Positions 8,909 to 17,545 of a DNA stretch of 64,000 nucleotides are shown here, piece after piece. This DNA comes from Spirochaetia bacterium. GTDB lineage: Bacteria > Spirochaetota > Spirochaetia > DSM-2461. The notes under the pieces are model-generated. The model had not been told where the DNA came from. It was given only the letters and a program-made list of their open reading frames with translations, and made no database searches. Numbering within the stretch: the stretch's first letter is position 1; each line of letters opens with the position of its first letter. The position numbers and the translations under genes are program-made. Location of the stretch: NCBI GenBank assembly GCA_963668315.1, contig OY764216.1:4320001-4384000 (forward strand), read 5' to 3'.

Positions 8909-10428
8909 ACGGAAGCAAGCTGGATTTTCATGATTTTCCCCGACTCATTTTTCGGGAGTTTATCCAGAAAAATGATCTGTTGGGGAACTTTATAGGAAGC
9001 TAACCTATTCTTTAAATGTCTTTTCACTTCCTCTTCGCAGAGAGTAACTCCATCTTTAATAACAATAAATGCAACTGCAATCTCCCCCATCATTTCATCC
9101 TTTTTAGCTATCACCGCAGTTTCATGAACTTCATTCAGTTCAAGAATTTTCTCCTCAATCTCCTTGGCACTGACGCGGAACCCTTTAATTTTTAAAATAT
9201 CCTTGCTTCTTCCCGTAATAAAGATAAAACCTTCTTCATCCCGATACCCCAGATCCCCGGTAAAATAAAATCCTTTCCTCAATACACTTGCAGTACTTTC
9301 TGGATCCTTCCAATATCCCTTCATAATATTGGAACCTCGTGCGGCTATCTCCCCGTTCTCTCCTTGAGCCACTTCATGGCCCTCCTCATCGGCAATAATC
9401 AAATCTACATTATCCACGGGCGTTCCAATAGACCCCCATTTACTTTCTAGCAACTCCGGTTCCAGGTAGGAAAGACGAGGGGCCGCTTCAGTGGCTCCAT
9501 ACATAACATAAAGAACGGCCGGAGCAAACTGTTTGACTACTTCCTTCTGGACAGCGGGAGCCATTGCACCACCCGCCTGAGTCACATAACGTAAGGAGGG
9601 AAGCTCACAACTGAACAAATTGGATTTATTGAGTAATATGGAAAAAGTTGATGGAACACCAGCAAATCCTGTCACCCCGGTTTCTGCCATCGTTTCAAGG
9701 ACCTTATTGGGATACATAAAACGGTTATCTATAACAACTTGCCCCCCCACAAGAAAATGCGTCAGGAGCAGAGATTTACCATATATATAATAAAAAGGAA
9801 GAACTACCATCACTTTGTCCTCTTCCGTTAAATGAAGGTAAGAAGCAATCGACCTCATGTTGGAAACCAGGTTCAGATGCGTCAGCATAACCCCCTTAGG
9901 TTCTCCCGTCGAACCGGATGTATAAACTATTTCAGCCAGATCTATATCGATACCCCTCACAGGGGAAGGTTCTGAACCATAAGTTGAAAGTACATCAGAG
10001 TAAATACTTAACTCTCCTTCAGGGAATGAATCATTCTCTAAATCTCTATCAACCATTAAGTATTTAAGCTGAGAACAGGTTGATAGCATATCCTTTAGCT
10101 TACGGAACGTTTTAGCCTGTGTGATGAATACATTCGCATCGGAATTCTCTATCTGGTAGTGCAGAACAGCAGAACTGAGAAGCGGATTCATTGCGACAGC
10201 CACACCACCAGCCTTTAATATCCCAAAGTACACAGAAAGATGATAAAAGGAGTTATCAATAAGAAAGGCAACTCGGTCACCTCTCTTTATCCTACCCGTT
10301 AACCAGTTAGCAAGAGAATTGGCAGTTTCATTCAATTCCCTGTAGGTTAATGTTTCCCTATTATGCCAGACCGCTGTCCTGTCCGGTACATCTATAGCCT
10401 TTCTTTCCAATAATTCCTGTACTTGCAT
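8905..10428 (-). CDS. AMP-forming acyl/aminoacyl ligase (class I adenylate-forming enzyme)
   Basis: YTSGSTGEPKGV, YGATEA, FTGDLG, GRSKDILKIKG and LPKNESGK. Confidence 0.93.
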   Translation of the reverse strand: MQVQELLERKAIDVPDRTAVWHNRETLTYRELNETANSLANWLTGRIKRGDRVAFLIDNSFYHLSVYFGILKAGGVAVAMNPLLSSAVLHYQIENSDANVFITQAKTFRKLKDMLSTCSQLKYLMVDRDLENDSFPEGELSIYSDVLSTYGSEPSPVRGIDIDLAEIVYTSGSTGEPKGVMLTHLNLVSNMRSIASYLHLTEEDKVMVVLPFYYIYGKSLLLTHFLVGGQVVIDNRFMYPNKVLETMAETGVTGFAGVPSTFSILLNKSNLFSCELPSLRYVTQAGGAMAPAVQKEVVKQFAPAVLYVMYGATEAAPRLSYLEPELLESKWGSIGTPVDNVDLIIADEEGHEVAQGENGEIAARGSNIMKGYWKDPESTASVLRKGFYFTGDLGYRDEEGFIFITGRSKDILKIKGFRVSAKEIEEKILELNEVHETAVIAKKDEMMGEIAVAFIVIKDGVTLCEEEVKRHLKNRLASYKVPQQIIFLDKLPKNESGKIMKIQLASV

Positions 10429-10618
10429 TTTCTCACCCCTATAATAGATATATAATCTATTGAAATATATTTTTCAAATTATTAAGGAAGAAAGGCTATG
10501 ATAAAGTTATAGCTTTAATTTACAATAAATAATAATAGAAATTGTACATTAGATTTCCCTCTTTTATATTTCATTATTTCTTCTAATAGTGTTAGAATTA
10601 TATAAGGGTTATTTTATT

Positions 10619-12265
10619 ATGAGATTCACTCTTCTTTTTTTTTCAACGATAATATTTTACTCATGTATCTCTATAGAAAGCGTGACGATTCAGCAAACCG
10701 AAGATATAGGATGGACAGCATATGAACCGTCTCAAGACAGTAGAGTCATCTATGTGAGCTCTTCCACGGGAAACGATAAAAATGACGGTTTAACAGAAAC
10801 ATCGCCGGTAAAGACCATTGTCCGGGGGGCGGAGCTTGTAAGGGACGGAGAAAATGATTTCCTTCTCCTTCACAGAGGGGATACCTGGCGAGATGAATCC
10901 CTTTACCGGTTCAAATCCGGTAAGGATGCCGCTCATCCTCTGGTAATCGCATCCTATGGAACATCGGACAAACTGCCGCGCATAGAATTGGATGGTTATT
11001 TCATTAATCATAATGGTAAAGCCAGGAATTACGTAGCGATAATGGATCTTGAGTTCGTCTATTACCCGAAAGTTCCGACGGATCCGGAATTCAGCGGTAC
11101 GGGAAAAGGTGGTCTGCGTTATGTAGGCGGTGGTACGGAATTCCTGATCGAAGGCTGCCGCTTTACCTATTGCGAATTGATCATTCAATCCTACGGAGGT
11201 TACCATTACGATAAAGTAACCATCCGGAGGAATGTGATTGAGAAGAGTTACCATCGGGACACGTCAAACCGAAATTCATCCCATAGACCCTCCGGACTAT
11301 ATGCCCACCATGTGGATAATCTCCTTATAGAAGAAAATGTGTTCGACCATAACGGATGGAATGAAGATGTGGAAACGGCGGATGCTTCCATGTTCAATCA
11401 TAATATGTACCTTAGCGAATGTGACAGTCTGATTGTTCGTAAAAACATTATTACCCGAGCCTCTAGCATGGGAATAAAACTTCGCTCCGATGGTACGGAC
11501 GGTTCAAAGGGAACCGTTATTTCCGATAATGTTATCGCCGATGGAGAGATCGGTCTGAGTATAGGAGGCAACAGTCATGAATCCCGAAGGTTTGAAGATG
11601 TTCTCATCAAAGGAAATGTTTTTTCCCAGATCGGCCTCAGTAATCCCACTAATCGAAACTTCTCCTGGTATTTGGATGTCCAGGATAATGCCCAGACAAT
11701 GATAAGGGATAACTACTTTCTAAACCAGCCCTGGTATGACAACAGTTTTGGCATCATTATGCAGGGAGACTCACAGCAGGGCGTTACTATTTTGAATAAT
11801 ATGTTCTATGGAATACGCCGTCAGTCCCTCTATATGCAATTGGGAAGGGATTGGTCGGACATATCCATATCGGCTAACACCTTCATAAGTCCCGATTTCA
11901 GTTTCCCTCTGGTTTATGTGCGTGACGGAGCGGTGGAAAGCATCAGTTTTTCTGACAACCGTTATTTCTCCATCGACAGCAGCAATATGTTTACAACACG
12001 CAACACCGGTCATAATGATGAACATCCGACGATGCGTAGTTTGGACGAGTGGATGGCGATCTCCGGAGAAAATGGAGGAAAACGCACTAATCCGGATTAC
12101 AGAGATCCCGAAAGGACGTTGGGCAGCTATGCCGGAACTTTGGGCCTCGAATCCAATATGCTCGCCTTTATTGAAGAAGCCCGCCTCCAGAATCGTTTGA
12201 ACTGGCGCGTTGAGTATACGGCCGCTAGGATAAAAGAGTATATTATTAATGGGTTTACGGAATAG
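10619..12265 (+). CDS. Lipoprotein with right-handed parallel beta-helix (pectate-lyase-like fold)
   Basis: Lipobox-like FYSC; YVSSSTGNDKNDG...SPVKTI and LLLHRGDTW N-terminal motifs; repeated I..N.F Asn-ladder turns. Start moved to ATG 10619. Confidence 0.75.
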   Translation: MRFTLLFFSTIIFYSCISIESVTIQQTEDIGWTAYEPSQDSRVIYVSSSTGNDKNDGLTETSPVKTIVRGAELVRDGENDFLLLHRGDTWRDESLYRFKSGKDAAHPLVIASYGTSDKLPRIELDGYFINHNGKARNYVAIMDLEFVYYPKVPTDPEFSGTGKGGLRYVGGGTEFLIEGCRFTYCELIIQSYGGYHYDKVTIRRNVIEKSYHRDTSNRNSSHRPSGLYAHHVDNLLIEENVFDHNGWNEDVETADASMFNHNMYLSECDSLIVRKNIITRASSMGIKLRSDGTDGSKGTVISDNVIADGEIGLSIGGNSHESRRFEDVLIKGNVFSQIGLSNPTNRNFSWYLDVQDNAQTMIRDNYFLNQPWYDNSFGIIMQGDSQQGVTILNNMFYGIRRQSLYMQLGRDWSDISISANTFISPDFSFPLVYVRDGAVESISFSDNRYFSIDSSNMFTTRNTGHNDEHPTMRSLDEWMAISGENGGKRTNPDYRDPERTLGSYAGTLGLESNMLAFIEEARLQNRLNWRVEYTAARIKEYIINGFTE

Positions 12266-12387
12266 ATTTTAATTCTTGTTAATTTTTCCAATTATAAAGG
12301 CACCAATGTTTTTTTATACAGATTTAAGGTATATTAAACATAATATAATTATTTTATTGTATCCTCTTGTTTACCGGAGATTAAAAA

Positions 12388-14013
12388 GTGTTATTTCAAT
12401 CAAAATCTTTTCACTATATTGAAAAGGTCCTTCTATTTATTCTAATAATGTCCTTTTCCAGTTGTGAAGGCTTAGCTGATAAGTTCAGCTCAGAAGTCAT
12501 TAATGTTACAGGAATTACAGTTACTCCTGAAGAAAGTATATTAACCGTTGGAGATACGGCACAAATTTCTTCAATAATATCCCCGGAAAACGCCACATTC
12601 CCTGAGGTAACCTGGACAACTTCAGATACAGCTATCGTCACAGTCGATACCAATGGAAAAGTAACCGCCTTAACAGCAGGGGCGGCCACAATTACAGTTA
12701 CCACTGAAGACGGAAATTTCTCGGCTGAATCAAAGATTACCGTTGTCAGAGCGACTATTCCTGTGACAGGCGTATCAGTAACACCTCCAACAAAAAACCT
12801 GACCGAAGGAGACTCTGCTCAATTTACAGCTGCCATTTCTCCTTCTGATGCGACAAATACCAATGTTAGCTGGACGACATCTAATTCGGCTATCGTCACA
12901 GTCGATACCAATGGAAAAGTTACCGCCTTAACAGCCGGTTCAGCCACAATTATTGTCACCACCGAAGACGGGGATTTCATGGCTGAATCTATTATTACAG
13001 TCAATGAGAGCCAAGCTGATCTTTGTATCGTCTCCTTAAATACGATGGGAGGTTCTACTCTCGATGAAATTTCGGCTCAAGTAAACGATCTACTTAATGA
13101 ACCGATAGAACCAACAAAGGCAAATTTTATTTTTGACGGATGGTATAAAAGCGACTATTACTATGAGGAATGGGATTTTGATAATGATAGAGTAATTGAC
13201 GATATGATACTCTACGCCAGATGGACAGAAACCTTCGACAGCTCTGGGAAACCGACCCTAGACAGTACAGCTCTCACCTATAACGAGGATTCATCAAAAA
13301 CCTATAAAGTTCAGGAACCCTGGAATTACTATAAAACATATAATGCGGATCGTGAATATCCACTTGTGATAGCACTACACGGATGGACATCCCTGCTAAA
13401 CCATTATTATGCCCCCGTTATTCTAAACGATGATGAAGAGGCTCAGGAATATCCTTGTTTTTATCTGGCCCCGAATCATGGTGGTTATGGTTCATGGAGC
13501 GAAACAGATGGAGACATCCAATGGATACGGGATCTAATCGAAGAGCTCATATCCGAATACAGGATAGATACAAACCGTATCTATATCATCGGCTTCTCCA
13601 TGGGCGGTTCCGGCTCTTATTACTTTGCAGAGGAACTCTATGCAGATAAAGGTCTTATGACTGCTGGAATCATACGCTGCGCCGGTGCTTCGAATTCCGA
13701 TCTACCCGAAGAAATGGCAAAAAAGATCGGTGTCTGGTACAACTACGGCTTAAGCGATAGCTCTGATATTCTCACTGTAGCGGAAAATGCCTTCGATTTC
13801 ATAAAAGGCCTTTCCTGTTATACCGATGCATCTGAAACAATTGTAGAAGATACAATGGGCGGTTATGACAGAACGACATCTATATTGAATATGGATGGCA
13901 TCGAGTTCTTCAGATTTAGTCAGTATACAGGTATGGGCCATTCATCCACCCCAGTATGGCAAGACCCAGACTTACTTAAATGGTTGTTCTATCAATCACT
14001 GGAAAAATGGTAA
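12388..14013 (+). CDS. Lipoprotein: 2x bacterial Ig-like (Big_2) + InlB B-repeat + alpha/beta-hydrolase esterase
   Basis: FSSC lipobox; two VTG.TV...WTTS..AIVTVD..G.VTA repeats; PTKANFIFDGWY...WDF...LYARW; YPLVIALHG, RIYIIGFSMGG and GMGH. Confidence 0.85.
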   Translation: MLFQSKSFHYIEKVLLFILIMSFSSCEGLADKFSSEVINVTGITVTPEESILTVGDTAQISSIISPENATFPEVTWTTSDTAIVTVDTNGKVTALTAGAATITVTTEDGNFSAESKITVVRATIPVTGVSVTPPTKNLTEGDSAQFTAAISPSDATNTNVSWTTSNSAIVTVDTNGKVTALTAGSATIIVTTEDGDFMAESIITVNESQADLCIVSLNTMGGSTLDEISAQVNDLLNEPIEPTKANFIFDGWYKSDYYYEEWDFDNDRVIDDMILYARWTETFDSSGKPTLDSTALTYNEDSSKTYKVQEPWNYYKTYNADREYPLVIALHGWTSLLNHYYAPVILNDDEEAQEYPCFYLAPNHGGYGSWSETDGDIQWIRDLIEELISEYRIDTNRIYIIGFSMGGSGSYYFAEELYADKGLMTAGIIRCAGASNSDLPEEMAKKIGVWYNYGLSDSSDILTVAENAFDFIKGLSCYTDASETIVEDTMGGYDRTTSILNMDGIEFFRFSQYTGMGHSSTPVWQDPDLLKWLFYQSLEKW

Positions 14014-14800
14014 TTGACAAAATAACCAATATTCAAAAAATGGGAGAGATTGAGGTTTATTTTTTCTTTCTCTCCCAATAATATTCCCATGGTTAGCATC
14101 TATAAGAATAACATATTCAATGGGATTATTATGTAATTTCATCTGCATAAAAAAGGCATTGGATTCCTCTAAAGTTGTTATCTGGTCTTTTTCAGAATGA
14201 ACTAATAGACAAGGCGGATAATTTGCAGAAACATGATGAAGAGGAGAGAAGTCAAACGAGTCATTCATTAAAAGATCGGCACCAAAACCGGTCTCTGTCG
14301 TATTGAGAACAGGATTAAACAGGGCAACTCCGCAGGGCTTCTTTTTGAAAAGAATAGACCTGCCAGCGCCCCAGAAGGCCATATGTACCCCTCCACCGAC
14401 AAGAAAGATCTTATCCTCATCAATCCTATAAGATTCTGAATGCTCTCTGACCCAAAAATAGGCACCATAACAATCTTCCAGAGACTCCCGGGGAGATGCG
14501 CTATTACGGTTAGCCAATCGGTACTGTACCCCCAAACAGAAAAGCCCTCTTGAGAGCAATAGGAACAATACCTATGAAATTCCATTGGAGTTCCATACTG
14601 CCATGCCCCCCATGGTAGAAAGTCAAAGCAGCGTCCTTCTTCACTTCCTCTCTTGCAGGATAAATATATAAGTTTAGACTTTCCTCATTAATTAGCTTGT
14701 ATCTAACCTTCTCATAATGGAAATATTCAGAACAACAGTTAAGAAGAAGGATCTCTAAAAAGAGGATTCCTATAAATTTACCAACTTTACTTAATCTCAT
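13996..14800 (-). pseudogene. Frameshifted alpha/beta-hydrolase (HGGxW-type carboxylesterase)
   Basis: Three consecutive frames give LYIYP..TFYHGG | AWQYGTPMEFHRYCSY | SRGLFCLGVQYRL. Shifts lie at the C6 run 14606-14611 and near 14559. The nucleophile elbow reads GGGVH and lacks Ser. Confidence 0.75.
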
Positions 14801-15890
14801 TCCTATCGGGCTTCCAATTCAGCAAACGCCTCTCCACAATCTGTTGAATGACAATATCCGGTTTATATTCATCAACAAAATCGCTGTCAAAATTATCGGA
14901 CCTGATAAAAACGGCTTCTTTAAAATGTTCGGCCAGAAGAGGAATCAGGGCTACACCGAAAGAGTCATGGAAGATAAGGGCTTTACCGAGTTCACCGGAA
15001 TCATTCTTTGTATGGAGCCGGCCGACATGTTGCACGTCTATCATTTGTAAATCAATCTTGTCACCGTTAAACAGGGTGGCATGGGGTTCTGAATTGACAT
15101 GATAAAGATTATCGTGCAAAGAATCATCAAGCCCCATGAGCCTAGCTAAATCTCCCCCGTTTACTCCTTCGATTATTACATCAGGCTCCCTATCCCCTGG
15201 ACGTATTTGAGGATAGTTCCGGCGCAAGGAATCAAGAATGGCAAGATAGGCATAGTAGGCTCCTAATTCATTCCAATGAGTATCTGTTTTGTAATAGAGC
15301 GGATAAGACCCTTTACTGCAAATTAAAGAATCGAACACATTAATATAATCTATTCCCCACTCCCCCATCAGATTTTCCAGGCTATCCCTTCTGGAAAGAT
15401 CGCTAACCGGTTCATAAAACTTGTCCGGCAGGAATTCGGGATAAATATTAGACTTGTCCGGACTGATGGTAAAGTAGTAGGAACACCCCAGTTCCCTACA
15501 GAAATCATTCCGAAATTGAAGGACATCTTTCCACAACCGAACGTCATCATCGGTGAATCCATAGATATTCCTGTGATTGTCCAATGCTTTCTCATCGGCG
15601 AGAAAAAGCCATCCCTCCATACCCATGAGGACTTTCTGTGATGATGAAATATGAAACAGCTTTGTTTTAATTAAACCATTTATTTTTATGAGCCGGTCAC
15701 GAAAAGCATAATTCTCGCCGTAGGTATATTTTGCTTTACCAATCCTATGAATTAAATCGATGAGGTTTATCGTATTATGCTCTTCTATCCTGACTTTTCC
15801 CTCTCCTACTAGCCCGATAAGGGGAAGCAGTAAAAGGAAAAGAAAAATCAGGGAAAGGGCAATCTCTATTTTTTTTATTATATTCATCAT
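14787..15890 (-). CDS. AlgJ/AlgX-like polysaccharide O-acyltransferase
   Basis: N-terminal anchor; GMEGWLFL, SPDKSNIYPEFLP, YYKTDTHWN (DxH), GDLARLMG and HDSFG. Confidence 0.88.
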   Translation of the reverse strand: MMNIIKKIEIALSLIFLFLLLLPLIGLVGEGKVRIEEHNTINLIDLIHRIGKAKYTYGENYAFRDRLIKINGLIKTKLFHISSSQKVLMGMEGWLFLADEKALDNHRNIYGFTDDDVRLWKDVLQFRNDFCRELGCSYYFTISPDKSNIYPEFLPDKFYEPVSDLSRRDSLENLMGEWGIDYINVFDSLICSKGSYPLYYKTDTHWNELGAYYAYLAILDSLRRNYPQIRPGDREPDVIIEGVNGGDLARLMGLDDSLHDNLYHVNSEPHATLFNGDKIDLQMIDVQHVGRLHTKNDSGELGKALIFHDSFGVALIPLLAEHFKEAVFIRSDNFDSDFVDEYKPDIVIQQIVERRLLNWKPDRNEIK

Positions 15891-15898
15891 AATTAAAC

Positions 15899-17341
15899 CT
15901 AAAACCTGAAATAAATAAACGGGTTATATGCGCCTGATGCCAACAGCACGAGGGAGTAGAAGAAGATTCCCGATAAATAAACGACACGGGTAATACTGAT
16001 AAATGTAACAGGTCGCCTTAGTCTATCGATCACACCTCCAAAAGAATCCTTTACTAATATGTTCTTAACAAAATCCGAAGAAGCCAATATACCGATAATT
16101 ATTGTCAGGAATACTTCTGAATTCAGATAATGGGCAAGATAACGAATATCCGGCGATGCCGTCTCCCTGCCGAACATAACGGCAAGGTATGAAACGGCGT
16201 AACGTAAATTCTCGGCCCTGAAAAAGACCCAGCCTATCATAACCATAAACAGAACATAGCCATGCCGTAAAGCGGGACTTCGTCTGTCAAGCCACTTCTT
16301 CAATCCTATCCTTTCAATAATCAAAAGGACTCCATGAAAGATTCCCCAGACAAGAAAATTCCAGCTGGCACCATGCCAGAATCCGCAGAGAAAGAAAATA
16401 GTAAAGAGATTGAAATACGTTCTTCCCCTGGATATGCGGTTACCCCCTAAGGGAATATAGAGATAATCTCGAAACCAGGAGGACAAACTGAGATGCCAAC
16501 GCCTCCAGAACTCCGTGATACTCCTACTGATATAGGGATAGTTGAAGTTTTCGGGAAAACGGAAGCCGAATATTCGTCCCAATCCGATAGCCATATCGGA
16601 ATAACCGGAAAAATCAAAATAGATCTGCAGAGAATAGCATATGACGCCCAGCCATGATATGGAAAATTTCAATTCCTCTGAGGGAAGACTGAAAATCAAA
16701 TCCGCCGGGTAAGCTAATGTATTGGCAATTATCATCTTTTTTGCCAAACCAATAACAAAACGCCTTACCCCGTAACTGAATTTATGTAATGTCTCCGTTC
16801 TATGGTCAAGATGATAGGCCACATCGGAATAACGGACAATGGGCCCAGCGATTAACTGAGGAAACAGAGAAATATACAGAGCAACTTTTCCTGGGTTTTT
16901 CTGACATTCTGTATCCTTCCTGTAAACATCTATAATATAAGACATAGCCTGAAATGTAAAAAAGGAAATCCCTATGGGCAGATGAATTGTATTATAGGTA
17001 ATAGAGCTGAAATGGAGTGAAGTTAGAAGAATGTTGACATTCTCCAGAAAAAAGTTAGCATATTTAAATATCAATAGGATTCCTAAATCCAGAACGACTC
17101 CGGTCAAAAGAAATATCCGGCTGATTTTTCGGCTGCTGCTCAATCCAATTCCCATACCAATGATGTAGTTAATTGAAATGGAGATAACCATTATAAAGAC
17201 ATAGTTTTTTTCTCCCACAGCATAAAAAAACAGGCTAGCCAATAATAGCAGGGTATTCCTCATTATCCTTGGGACAAGAAAATAAGCAATGATCAATAAG
17301 GGTAAGAAAAAAAATAAAAAAAATGGTTCAGAAAACAACAA
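15899..17341 (-). CDS. algI: MBOAT O-acyltransferase, AlgI/DltB family
   Basis: LPIGISFFTFQ, FPQLIAGPI, QIYFDFSGYSDMAIG, FWRRWHLSLS, GFWHGA and C-terminal NPFIYFRF; TTG start. Confidence 0.92.
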   Translation of the reverse strand: MLFSEPFFLFFFLPLLIIAYFLVPRIMRNTLLLLASLFFYAVGEKNYVFIMVISISINYIIGMGIGLSSSRKISRIFLLTGVVLDLGILLIFKYANFFLENVNILLTSLHFSSITYNTIHLPIGISFFTFQAMSYIIDVYRKDTECQKNPGKVALYISLFPQLIAGPIVRYSDVAYHLDHRTETLHKFSYGVRRFVIGLAKKMIIANTLAYPADLIFSLPSEELKFSISWLGVICYSLQIYFDFSGYSDMAIGLGRIFGFRFPENFNYPYISRSITEFWRRWHLSLSSWFRDYLYIPLGGNRISRGRTYFNLFTIFFLCGFWHGASWNFLVWGIFHGVLLIIERIGLKKWLDRRSPALRHGYVLFMVMIGWVFFRAENLRYAVSYLAVMFGRETASPDIRYLAHYLNSEVFLTIIIGILASSDFVKNILVKDSFGGVIDRLRRPVTFISITRVVYLSGIFFYSLVLLASGAYNPFIYFRF

Positions 17342-17545
17342 ATATTTATCCTGCCTTTTTTTTATATTTTATTATAATGCATAATTCTTAAAATTGCGTA
17401 GAATTGAACTAACTGTTCTTTATCTTTTTCTATAATTTAAATATATTTTCTTTTTCTCAACAAAGGTATAATCATTTTCATATGGGTTACATCTTAACCG
17501 AACACTGAAAAAGAATTGCATAAAATGTTTTCCTAGGAGAAAGAA

